From the NCBI GenBank assembly GCA_964016885.1, contig OZ024740.1, positions 250,914,001 through 250,978,000 of the forward strand: a stretch of DNA of 64,000 nt, given 5' to 3'. The DNA is from Eledone cirrhosa (Eukaryota). The number at the start of each line of letters is the position of its first letter. Position 1 is the stretch's first letter. Made by a program: the position numbers and the translations under genes. The notes under the pieces were generated by a model, which was given only the letters and a program-made list of their open reading frames with translations, searched no databases and was not told where the DNA came from. Positions 12,887 through 25,657 of this stretch are shown in pieces.

Positions 12887-12949
12887 TTCTACCACCGACT
12901 CTGGCTTATGCTCATACCACTTCTCAGAATGTGGTAAATTGTTTACTTT
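12887..12949 (-). mobile_element. About 60 nt fragment of Dong family B (KVNNLPHSEKWYEHKPE)
   Basis: Near-identical to 27917-27979. Confidence 0.85.
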
Positions 12950-12950
12950 A

Positions 12951-12990
<40 letters not shown>

Positions 12991-12991
<1 letters not shown>

Positions 12992-13348
12992 AGTTGCATT
13001 TATCTTGCTTTATGTTCATACGAGTTATCACCAAGTCACAACCAGTGACCTCAAGAGACAACAAGGTCCGCCATGTTCAAGAAAGAACATACATATTCAC
13101 ACATGCATCTTTAGTGTTTAGACTTGTGATGTACTTATATTCACAGAATCTTCCTTAGTATATGGGCAGTTCCCATTAGTACTATCTTTTGTATTTCTCC
13201 TATACGCGGGTTTCCTGGGATTTGCGATATGTAATCATTAGACCCCTTAGGTATCATTCCCAGAGCGCCTACAACCACTGGTATTGTTTTAGTTCTCAAT
13301 TTCCACATTTTTCCAATTTCTATCTCCAGGTCCTTATACTTGCTCAAT
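12991..13348 (-). mobile_element. 5'-truncated Dong family A, flanked by (ATT)n on both sides
   Basis: KYKDLEIEIGKMW...AHILRKIL plus the same 3' UTR as 7998-8138. Confidence 0.92.
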
Positions 13349-13361
13349 ATTATTATTATTA

Positions 13362-13402
<41 letters not shown>

Positions 13403-16400
13403 GGCGACCTACGTAGGAAATCGTATTATCGTGAGCTCCGCAAAGGTTTGTTGTTTTCAGTTGTTTCAAATTGCCAGTTATGGAATTTTTTTGTTATTAA
13501 GTGTTTATATATTGCTTTCTGAAAAGGACACTAAAAAAATTTGGGGCCCAAAATTTTAAACTTTTATAATTATCAAACAAAAACTTTCTTTGAAAAAACT
13601 GGACGGCACTCAGCCACACAAAGCTGAGAGCCTTCCTAACAAACCAACACCCCCCACCACCACCAACACCACCATTGTAGACATTACTACGTTTGCCAAC
13701 AGTAAAAATATAAGCAATGGCAATAATTTAAATTTGTCACATGCAGACATTCATTTCCCGCCATTACCAATAACTGTAGGTGTTAAAGCCGCCACCCCCA
13801 CCACAGCGACAACAGAAAAAAAAAATTATTATCTCGTGACACCGAAATGGATTCACCCAGAATCGACTCTTCCACGCCGAACACCACTGATGCCACCACC
13901 ACCACCACCATCACAACTGAAACTAAAAATAACAATAACAATAACAACAACAACAATGAGAATAGCAACAACAACATCAACACCAGCGCAAAACAAAATG
14001 TGTCATTTACCAAAGCAGCTAAGAAAAGCGAAATAATCGAGGTAAGCCAGGATGAATTAAATGAAGCCTAGAGAATGGTAAAAAAAAAGATGGGTACAGG
14101 CTCCGCCCCCCCCCCCCAAAAAAAAATCTAATAAAATGGAGCATCGGCGCCTATGCATGCACCGTGTCATATCGGATGATAAACACAAAATCACACCGAG
14201 TCCCAGATACAAAAAGCTTTGGGACAAAACTCACACCAGACGTGGGCAGAAATATGGAACCGTGGACGTGTTCTTTGGAACACCACAGGAAGCCAGAGAG
14301 CACTCCATTGCCCCATTAAGAAGTCACGAATTCACACTCATCCCAAGCTATTGTGGTCAGAGACTCGTGAAGATCAGGGTCACCCACGTTCCGCCGGCCA
14401 TCGAAATTCCCTGGCTAATGGCTGCCGTCCTCCCCGGCATTGAGGCCAACACGAAAATAATTGAGGTAACAAAAGAAAAGCAGGAGAACTGGTACGGATC
14501 TGGGATGGAGCTCCTGATCCAAGCGAACCAAAAAAACATTGAGGAAATTCCAGAGGTGATAGACCTCAATGACGGCAGCCACCTCACCGTAATCGTTGAG
14601 GGTAGAAGCCCTAGGTGTGTCGTTTGTGGCGAAGGAACCCACCTAAAGGCTTTCTCTCCTACCCACCCCAGTGACTCAACCATCAAAACCATCAGCAGCA
14701 GAAATTGCAGCAACAACTGTAGCAGCAACAACAGAAGCAACTGTAGCAGTAACAGCCCCAGCAACAGTAGCAAAACCAACACCACCACCACTCACCGCGC
14801 CAGAATTAGCACCAGCGCCTCCACCATCCACCACGCCACAACCAAAACCAACACCTGTGGAGGATTTTCCACTCCCCGACCTATCACAACTGAAGACAGA
14901 TTGTGACGATGAGGAGAAGTGGAAAATGGTATCAGGAAAAAAGAGAAAGAGAAACAGAACCCCAAAAAGAAAAAAATCCTCTTCCTTCGCCTTACAAAAA
15001 CAAAATGCAGGAGGAAATAAATAAGCAAACAAACAAAAAAGTTAAGACAGCTATGCCACCACCCACACCAGCATCATCAGCTCCATCACCGCAAACACCA
15101 ACATCATCACCATCATTAACCCCACAACCACCATCACCAACAACACAAAAGTCACCAAAAAGCGAAACAGAAACAAACCCACAACAAACGCAAACAAAAC
15201 AAAACAACCAAAACGATACACACTACACAACATTAAATTTGAACAACAACCAATTATTACACTACATCCAACACAACACCAGCATCACAGAAAAAGACAA
15301 TACAACAACCCCAAAAGTTCACACCACCTCCACACATACAAATCACTCGCATCACACAGAAAACGACCAGCGGAGACGGGCAAGCTTTCAGGCTAGTGGC
15401 CGTCTATGCCCCGACAGGAGCAGGGCGGCCTGATTTCTTCCGGCGTCTGGAGACCTTTCTTGGAACGTCCCGCTCTTTAGTGTTAGTGGGCGACTGGAAC
15501 GGGATCTTAGATGCACGCAGGGACTGTGAGGGTTTAGCGGATAGGGAAGAAGGGTGTAAAAGCTTTGCAAAACTGCTCAGACGGTTTCAACTGACTGACA
15601 GGTACCGTCTGGATTTCGCGAATGTGCCAATGTGGACATGATCAAACCGCATCGGGTCATCCAGATCATATCTAGATAGGGTAATTTGTAAGGAAATAGA
15701 TAGGTCTAGCATAGGCTGTCCACATTTCAAAATAGTCGACTACACGGACCACAAATTCGTGATCTGTGAGGTTGACTTAGATAGGCTTCATAGACAGGGA
15801 CCCGGCTACTGGAAGGTAAACGCGTCATTAACATCGCGCAAGGCCTACAGAAACCTGATTAGCGAATTAGTTAAGCGGGCGTTGACGGGGGCCATCGTCA
15901 ACAACAAATGGTGGTTTGCTCTGAAAAGAGCGATTAGAATAGAGTCCATTAGGTTTAGAAAGACTTTAGCAATAGAGAAAAATAGAGAACTAGTTATAAA
16001 ATTAGACGAGGCGCTTAGTAAAGGCATCGCGACCGACGTACTTGCGGCGAAATTGGGCCTTTACCAATTCTTCAATGCAAAGCACGAAGGCTGCGTTGTC
16101 AGAGCTATGATGCGTGGTCTCAGACACGAGGGGACGAAAGCCGTTCAATGGGCCCGAGTGGCGGACGCGCGTCGTGGCAACAAAGCCACGATCCGGTCTT
16201 TGGTGGACCACGACGGGCGCATGCTACTCGATCCCGGGCAAATGTGAGAAGCTTTTCAGCGACACTTTCACTCAGCTGTTCGGGAGCAGTGGCGGCCTGG
16301 ATCGAGGGATGGACTTTAGTGTCTACCTCGATGGACTGCCGCGGCTCTTGCCCACTGAGGCGGAGTGTTGCGAAAAGCCGATAACAACCGCTGAAATACG

Positions 16401-18650
16401 GGAGGCAATGACTGGCTGCACAAGGGGTAAATCGCCTGGTTTGGATGGTCTGCCCTATGAACTTGACGTACAAATGCCAGACTTGTTCGGAGGCCTCTTG
16501 GCGGACGTCTACTGCAACTGGCAACAGAACGGGAGAATTCCCAGCTCTGTGAGCCGAGGAGCGGTGGGGCTGCTGAGAAAGGATCCAAACAAGGGGGATA
16601 ACATAGATAATTTCAGGCCCATAACTCTGCTAAACACAGAGTTCAAGATTTTGGCCAAGGTGCTAGCAAAGAGGTTGGCGCTTGTCGTTGGTGGTCTGGT
16701 GGGAGAGGCGCAGATATGCGCCATTCCCGACAGATCCATCCACGACAACCTCCACCTCATGCGATACATCGTGGAGAGCGTAGCTAGGGACCCTGGCACG
16801 AGTGGGTCCTTGATCAATTTAGATCAGTCGAAAGCTTTCGATAGGGTCGCCCATCGTTATCTGGCGGCAGTCCTGAGGGCGGCTAGCTATAGGCCCGTCT
16901 TCAGAGGCTGGATCGCTGTACGCACAGCGACATCTGCTCTGTGGTGAGAATGGACGGTCTCCTTTCAGAACCTTTCAACATCATGCGCTCAGACCGCCAA
17001 GGATGTCCCCTCTCGTCCCTCTTGTACGTATTGACACTCGAGCCATTACTGCACAAACTGGAGACGTTGAGGGGGGACCCGCGTGAATTAGGATGCGCAA
17101 GATCCGTGTCAGCATATGCGGACGATGTCACCGTAGTGGTGTCGAACGCCAAACACATCGAGGCGATCGGCACTACACTAAGAGAATACGAAGCGGTGAC
17201 AGGAGCAATGATCAACCAGGAAAAGTCGGTGGGCCTGCAGCTCGGCACCTGGAGAGACAGGTCCATGTCGTCCAACAGCGTCGTCGGGTGCTGGACGGAC
17301 GGACCGGTTAAATTGCTAAGGGGTCTGGTTCGGTCCGGACCTCCAGACGGACAAAAACTGGGACGAGGTGACGAGCAGGGTGGCTTCTCTCACCCAGAAA
17401 TGGGCGGAGAGGAAGCTATCCCTGAAAGGTCGAGCGGAGGTGGCTAACGTGTACATCGCGTCCATCATCTACTACCGCCTGACCGTCGTGCCTTGTCCTA
17501 AGCCTCGCCTAACTGCACTGGAGCGTTTCCTCTTTCGCTTTTTGTGGAAGGGACGCGCTCCGATGGTCAGACGGTCCATCTGCTGTAAACACCCTCTACG
17601 TGGAGGGCTGGGCATACCATGGCTGATGATGCGCAGAAACGCGCTCAGGCTACGACATCTCCACCTCTTCCTCGACGGTGATCAGGTGTAGTCGCCGTTT
17701 CCTAGACGCGTCTTTCCCCAGCTCGTCTCCTTGACGGAGCTGCTGTCCTGGGTCAACTAAAGACCGAGAGGGAGCGCTTGGAGACTGGAATGTCTTCAGG
17801 CACTCACAGCCCTCGACCAGTCGGGCAATGTGATCAGTGGAAACTCCACCTTGGCGTTCTATAGAGGATTAGTGGAGGGGAAGAGCGATGACGTACTTGG
17901 GGAAACTCTAGGCTTCGACGAAAATCAACTAGCCAATCTCTTCGGAAGAACTTTCGGGCCGGGGCCTATGGACAACTTCCAGAAATCCCTGGCTTGGCAG
18001 TGCTACCGAGGAGCTTTGCCAGTTCGGGATAAACTCTACAGACATGGAGCTGCCGTCAGCCGGGCATGTCCGAGATGCGCGCCGGGCGACGAAACCGTCC
18101 TGCACGCACTCGTCCAGTGTCCGAGCATTGCTGACCTGGGGGTTTATGTCGAACAGTTTTTATCTGTTTTATCAGTTTTTATCTGTCTGGTGGCCATGGC
18201 GAAAGAGAGAGTATGGTGGACGCCTCTGAAAGGGCTGAAGACGAGCACTTACCTCTTCGGTAATGCCCTGATTAACTTTTTCAAATTTCATTTGAAAAGG
18301 AAAATCAGGGTAGCGAGGGAAGTGCTCTCTTCCCAGCATTTTGTTGAAAGATGGGTGAGAGAGGCAAGAATGGCCCGAGTGAATGGGCCTACTCTGAGTA
18401 TGTGCCTGTAAATTGAAGGTGGAAAACAGGGTCACCGTGGCTTTTTTTAATGGGCTTTCTCCACGATGGCCCTCGGAAGTCTCCCCCCTATTGGGGAATT
18501 TTTCATTGTTTCTTTTTTTGTTACATGCTCTGTTTTTGTTTTTTTTACACGCAGAAATGCCCATTTGTACCGTCCTGTATTGTCCTGTATTGTCTTGTAC
18601 TGTCGTTAATGTCTTACTTTGTTTAAACCCTTGTGGTCAATAAAGAAAGC
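13403..18650 (+). mobile_element. Tx1 family 1, copy B (diverged 5' UTR/ORF1, internal deletions)
   Basis: GGCGACC start after (ATT)n; ORF1 fused to mid-APE at about 15366; RT YADD; stop at 18411; tail AATAAAGAAA. Confidence 0.92.
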
Positions 18651-18660
18651 ATTATATTAT

Positions 18661-19654
18661 ACAATTCGGTCTTTGTCTGACCATAACTGGTGCGTGTTGC
18701 TTGAACCATAGCAGATGTGTGAAGTTTTTCAGCAGCACTAGTGGAGTGGAAGAGCGACAGCGTTCTCGGAGAGATCCTGGGCGTCGAAGAAGATCAGCTG
18801 TTTGCTCTCTTCCGGAGAACTTTCAGCCCAGGGCCTATGGATAACTTCCAAAAATCCCTGGCCTGGCAGTGCTACCGGGGAGCGTTGCCTGTTCGAGATA
18901 AGCTCTACAGGCACGGAAGTGCCGTCAGCCGAGCCTGTCCGAGATGCGCGCAGAGCGACGAAACCGTCGTGCATGCACTCATTCAGTGCCCGAGCATTTC
19001 TGACTTGTGGAGCTATGTCGAACAGTTGCTGTCGCGTGTAGGACTGATCCGGTTATCTACTGAGTCCATTGTGCAGATGGTCTCACCGTCTTCCTTCGAG
19101 GAGGAAGGGCAGGCGATTTTCATCTTCCTGGTGGCCAAGGCGAAAGAGATTATGTGGTGGACAAGGTTGAAAGGGTTAAAGACAGACACTTTCCTCTTCG
19201 GCGAATCCCTAATTAACTTTTTCAAGTTTCACTTGAAGAGGAAAATCAGGGTGGAGAGGCAAGTGCTGCCTTCTAGCAAGTTTGTTGAAAGGTGGGTGAA
19301 TGTAGCGAGAATGGTCCGAGTGAACGGGACCGCTCTGAATATACGTCTGTAGTTTGAGAAATGGAAAAATTTAGAGAGGGCACTTGCCCTGGTGGTCAGG
19401 GTGGCCGTGGTATTTTGTGCGGTTTTCGCCACGAGTAACCCTCAGAGGTTTCCCCTCTATTGGGGAATTTTTCATTCTTTCAATTTTCATTTTTATTGTT
19501 TATATATATATATATATGTTTCTGTCTTTTTTTCTTTTTTTATATAAATAATAAAAATCTTTACACGCACAAAACCCACATCGTACCGTCCTGTACCGTC
19601 CTGTGCCATCTGTAATGTTTTTCTTGATGTCAGCCCTTGTGGCCAATAAAGAAA
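18661..19654 (+). mobile_element. Divergent Tx1 subfamily copy, 5'-truncated and internally deleted
   Basis: 18661-18740 aligns with the linker region 5450-5530, then jumps to the C-terminal region (ORF 18741-19352, CPRCAQSDETVVHALIQC); distinct 3' UTR. Confidence 0.85.
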
Positions 19655-19677
19655 TCATCATTATTATTATTATTATT

Positions 19678-22600
19678 GGCGACCTACGTAGTAAATCGTA
19701 TCATCGTGAGCTCCGCAAAGGTTTGTTATTTCCGTTTGTTAAAAATTGCCATTTATGGAAAATGTTTATTGTTAACTATATATAAGCGCACATACATTGT
19801 TTTCCGAAAAGGACACCCAAAAAGATTGGGGCCTTGTGCCCAAAGTTTAAACTTTTATGATTATCAAAAAATTTCTTTGAAAAAAAATGGCTAATTCACC
19901 ACTGCACCAAGCAGCTGAAAGCCTTTCTCACAAATTAACACCTCACACCGACACCACCATTGTAAATGATTATACGTCTTCCAACACAAACAATTTAAGC
20001 ACTAGCAATATTTTAAATTTGTCTCAGGCAGACATTCATTTCCCGCCATTACCAATGACTGCAGGTGTTAAAGCCGCCACCACCACCACCACCGCGACAA
20101 CTGCCACCCCCACCACCACCGCGACAACAGAAACAAAAGGAAAAAATAAATCAACTCGTGATGTCGAAATATTTTCAACCAAAATAGACTCTCCCAAACC
20201 GACTTTCACTGACGTCACCACCACCACAACTGAAACTAAAATTAATAATAACAAAAATAACGATAGCAACAACAACAACAATGACATTAAAAAAACCACA
20301 CTGAGTTTTGCCAGAGTAACAAAACAGTTCGAAGCATTTACGGTAACTCAGGAGGATTTAGAAAATCCCAAACAAATGGTAAAGATGGGTACAGGGTCAG
20401 CCCCCCCCCCCCCCCCCCCCCCCCCCCCCCACCACCACCACCACCACCACCACCACCCCCACCACCACCACCAGCACCACCACCACCACCACCACCTAAT
20501 AAAATGGAGCATCGGCGCCTATGCACCGTGTCGTATCGAACAATAAATGTAAAATCGCGCCGAGTGGAACGGGCATCCGAGTCCCAAATCCAAAAAGCTT
20601 TGGGACATGTGTGGGCAAGAAAGACCCACATCAGACGTGGGCAGAAGTATGGAACCGTGGACGGGTTCTTTGAAACACCACAGGAGGCTAGAGAACACTC
20701 CATGGCCCCATTAAGAAGTGACGACTTCACACTCGTCCCAAGCTATTGTGGCCAGAGACTCGTAAAGATCAGGGTGACCCACGTTCCACCGGCCATCGAA
20801 ATTCCCTGGCTAATAACTGCCGTCCTCGCCGGCATCGAAGCCAACACCAAGATAATCGAAATAGCGAAAGAAAAGCAGGAGAACTGGTCCGGATCTGGGA
20901 TGGAGCTCCTGATCCGAGCGGACCAAAATAGCATTGAGGAGATCCCAGAGGTAATAGACCTCACTGACGGCAGCCACCTCACCGTAATTGTCGAGGGCAG
21001 AAGGCCTAGGTGTGTCGTTTGTGGTGAAGGAACCCACCTAAGAGCTTTCTGCCCTCAGGCTAAAAGGTTGTGGCCACCTCTCCTACCCACCCCAGTGACA
21101 CAACCATCAACACCACCAGTAGCAGAGATGGCAGCAACAACTGTAGCAGCAACAACAGAAGCAACTGTAACAGCAACAACCCCAGCAACAGTAGCAAAAC
21201 CAACACCACCACCAGCAGCAAAACCAACACCACCACCACCCAACGCTTCAGAACTAGCACCAGCGCCTACACCATCCACCACGCCACAACCAAAACTAAG
21301 GCCTGTGGGGGATTTTCCACTCCCCGGCCTATCACAACTGGAGACAGATTGTGACGACGAGGAGTGGGAAACGGTATCAGGAAGAAAAAAAGAAACCAAA
21401 AAAGAAAAAATTCTCTTCCTTCCCCCTCCAAAAACAAAATACAGAGGGAAACAAATAAATTAAGAAACAAAAAAAGTTAGGACAGATATGCCACCATCCA
21501 CACCAGCATCACCAACCCCATCAACCCAAACACCAACACCATCACCATCATTAACCCCAACACCACCATCACCTACACCACAAAAGTCACCAAAATGCGA
21601 AACAGAAACAAACCCACAACAAACGCAAACAAAACAAAACAACCAAAACGGTACACACTACACAGCATTAAATTTGAACAACAAGCAATTATTACACTAC
21701 ATCCAACACAACACCAGCATCACAGAAAAAGACTACACAACAACCCCAAAATTCACACCACCTCCACACATACAAATCACTGGCATCACACAGAAAACGT
21801 ACATGACACTAAAACAAAAATTCCCCAAAGACATCGGAGACTTCCGACAAGCACTCTCCAGGAGGATTTATAAGGACATCCTTCCTGAGGAGGCCACAAG
21901 CAGTGAAAAGGATGGAAAAACCGTCCTTCCTCTACGAGAAGTAAGGTAAGTGGTCTTTCCCATCTTTTCCACTCCTTTTCAACATGACCTCACTCAGAAT
22001 AGGCAGCATAAATGCGTGTGGCTTGGGGTCGTCATGAAAGCAGGGCCACCTGCTCAACGACCTCAGGTCACTAAACATAGATGTAGTGGCCATCAGCGAG
22101 ACCAGAATCTCCGAAGCACGGGCCTTCGCACCGATCTTCGGCGGCTACGATGTGTACGCATCTCCCAGCCGTCCGGGATCGGGGGGAAGAGTTGCTGTGC
22201 TTTTTCGGAGAGGTTTGGATCTTGCCATACGGGCCATCTTCCTGCACCCAGAAGGTAAGTTGGTGGTGCAGGACGTGACCAGCGGAGAAGGGCAAGCTTT
22301 CAGGTTAGTGGCCGTCTATGCCCCGACAGGAGCAGGGCGGCCTGATTTCTCCAGCGTCTGGAGACCTTTCTGGGAACGTCCGGCTCTTTAGTGTTAGTGG
22401 GCGACTGGAACGGGATCTTAGATGCACGCTGGGATTGTGTGGGATCAGTGGATAGGGAAGGAGGGTGCAACAGTCTCACCAACCTGCTCAGGCGTTTTGA
22501 ACTGTCTGACAGGTACCGAATGGATTTCCCGAATGTACCAATGTGGACTTGGACAAATCGCATAGGGTCATCCAGATCATATCTAGATATAGTATTTTGT

Positions 22601-25600
22601 AGGGAAGTAGATAGGTCTAGCATAGGCTGTCCACAATTCAAGATAGTCAGCTACACGGACCACAAATTCGTGATCTGTGTGCTTGACTTAGATAGGCTTC
22701 ATAGACAGGGACCCGGCTACTGGAAGCTAAACGCGTCCTTACCAGCGCGCAAGACCTACAGAGACCGGATTAGCGAACTAGTTAAGCGGGCGTTGACGGG
22801 GGCCATCGTCAACAACAAGTGGTGGTTTGCTCTGAAAAGAGCAATTAGAATAGAGTCCATTAGGTTTAGTAAGGCTTTAGCAATAGAGAAAAATAGAGCA
22901 GAGGAAGAATTAGTTAGAAAATTAGACGAGGCGCTTAGCGACCGACGTACTTGCGGCGAAATTGGCCCTTGACCAATTCTTCAATGCAAAGCACGAAGGC
23001 TGCGTTGTCAGAGCTAGGGTGCGTGCTCTCAGACACGAGGGGACGAAAGCCGTTCAATGGGCCCGAGTGGCGGAGGCGCGTCGTGGCAATAAAGCCACGA
23101 TCCGGTCTTTGGTGAACCACGACGGGCGCATGCTACTCGATCCCGGGCAAATGTGAGAAGCTTTTCAGCGACACTTCGCTCAAATGTTCGGGGGCAGTGG
23201 CGGGCCGGATCGAGGGATGGACTTTAGTGTCTACCTCGACGGACTGCCGCGGCTTTCGGCCACTGAGGCGGAGTGTTGCGAAAAGCCGATAACAACCGCT
23301 GAAATACGGGAGGCAATGACTGGCTGCACAAGGTGTAAATCGCCTGGTTTAGATGGTCTGCCCTATGAAATTTACGTACAAATGCCAAAACTTGTTCGGA
23401 GGCCTCTTGGCGGACGTCTACTGCAACTGGCAACAGAACGGGAGAATTCCCAGCTCTGTGAGCCGAGGAGCGGTGGCGCTGCTGAGAAAGGATCCGAACA
23501 AGGGGGATAACATAGATAATTTTAGGCCCATAACTCTGCTAAACACAGAGTTCAAGATTTTGGCCAAGGTGCTAGCAAAGAGGTTGGCGCTTGTCGTTGG
23601 TGGTCTGGTGGGAGAGGCACAGACATGCGCCATTCCCGACAGATCCATCCACGACAACCTCCACCTCATGCGATACATCGTAGAGAGGGTAGCTAGGGAA
23701 CCTGGCACGGGTGGGTCTTTGATCAATTTAGATCAGTCGAAAGCCTTCGATAGGGTCGACCATCGTTACCTAGCGGCAGTCCTGAGGGCGGCTGGCTTTG
23801 GGCCCGTCTTCAGAGGCTGGATCGCTGCCATGCACAGCGACATCTGCTCTGTAGTGAGAGTGAACGGTCACCTTTCGGAACCGTTCAACATCATGCGCTC
23901 GGTCCGCCAAGGATGTCCCCTCTCGTCCCTATTGTACGTATTGACTCTCGAGCCATTACTGCACAAACTGGAGATGTTGAGGGGGATCCCGCGCGAACTC
24001 GGATGCGGAAGATCCGTGTCAGCATATGCGGACGATGTCACCGTAGTGGTGTCGAACGCCAAACACATCGAGGCGATCGGCACTACACTAAGAGAAGACG
24101 AAGCGGTGACAGGAGCTATGATCAACCAGGAAAAGTCAGTGGGCCTGCACTCGGCACCTGGAGAGGCAGTTCCATGCCGTCCAACAGCGTCGTCGGGCGC
24201 TGGACGGACGGACCGATTAAATTGCTAGGGGTCTGGTTCGGTCCAGACCTCCAGACGGACAAAAACTGGGACGAGGTGACGAGCAGGGTGGTTTCTCTCA
24301 CCCAGAAATGCGCCGAGAGGAAGCTATCCCTGAAAGGTCGAGCGGAGGTGGCTAACGCGTACATCGCGTCCGTCATCTACTACCGCCTGACCGTCGTACC
24401 TTGTCCTAAGCCCCGCCTGACTGCGCTGGAGCGTTTGCTCTTTCGCTTCTTGTGGAAGGGACGCGCTCCGATGGTCAGGCGGTCCATCTGCTGTCAACAC
24501 CCGCTACGTGGAGGGTTGGGCATGCCGTGGCTGATGATGCGCAGACACGCGCTCAGGCTACGACATCTCCACCTCTTCCTCGACGGTGATCAGGTGTGGT
24601 CGCCGTTTGCTAGACACGTTTTTCCCCAGCTCGTCTCCTTGACGGAGCTGCAGTCCTGGGTCAAGCGAAGACCGAGAGGGAGCGCTTGGAGACTGGAATG
24701 TCTTCAGGCGCTCACAGCCCTCGACCAATCGGGCAATGTGATCGGTGGAAACTCCACCTTGGCGTTCTATAGGAGATTAGTGGAGGGTAAGAGCGACGAC
24801 GTACTTGGAGAAACTCTAGGCGTCGACGAAAATCAACTAGCCAATCTCTTCTGAAGGACTTTCGGGCCGGGGCCTATGGACAACTTCCAGAAATCCCTGG
24901 CCTGGCAGTGCTACCGGGGTGCTTTGCCAGTTCGGGATAAACTCTACAGGCATGGAGGTGCCGTCAGCCGGGCATGTCCGAGATGCGCACAGGGCGACGA
25001 AACCATCCTGCACGCACTCGTCCAGTATCCGAGCATTGCTGACTTGTGGGTTTATGTCGAACACCTGCTGTCACGTGTAGGACGGATCCAGCTATCAGCT
25101 GAGTCCATCGTGAGGATTGCCCCGCCCTCTTCCTTTAGCCGGGAAGGGCAGGAAGTTTTTATCTGTCCGGTGGCCATGGCGAAAGAGATAGTATGGTGGA
25201 CACGTTTGAAAGGGCTGAAGACGGGCACTTACCTCTTCGGTGATGCCCTGATTAACTTTTTCAAATTTCATTTGAAAAGGAAAATCAGGGTAGAGAGGGA
25301 AGTGCTCTCTTCCCAGCATTTTGTTGAAAGATGGGTGAGAGAAGCAAGTATGGCCCGAATGAATGGGCCTTCTCTGAGTATGTGTCTGTAAATTAAAGGT
25401 GGAAAACTGGGAGAGGGCACTTGCCCTGGTGGTCAGGGTCACTGTGGTCTTTTAATGGGCTTTCTCCACAAATGTCCCTCGGAAGTCTCCCCCCTATTGG
25501 GGAATTTTTCTTTGTTATTTTATTACATCCTCTGTTTTTTTTACACGCAGAAATGCCCATTTGTACCGTCCTGTATTGTCCTGTACTGTCCTTAATGTCT

Positions 25601-25635
25601 ACTTTATGTAAACCCTTGTGGCTAATAAAGAAAAC
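19678..25635 (+). mobile_element. Full-length Tx1 family 1, copy C (ORF1 about 19887-21949, ORF2 21984-25391, both disrupted)
   Basis: Colinear with and highly similar to 2104-7980; RRPRCVVCGEGTHLRAFCP knuckle; APE, RT and CCHC motifs. Confidence 0.93.
20401..20495. repeat. Poly-C run followed by (CAC)n inside ORF1
   Basis: Seen directly; the equivalent site in copy A is only cctcaaacccccacc. Confidence 0.95.
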
Positions 25636-25657
25636 ATTATTATTATTATTATTATTA

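Noticed and set aside
16243-16250. Selenocysteine recoding of the TGA at a Cys codon
   Set aside because: No SECIS identified, and the copies carry many other disruptions.
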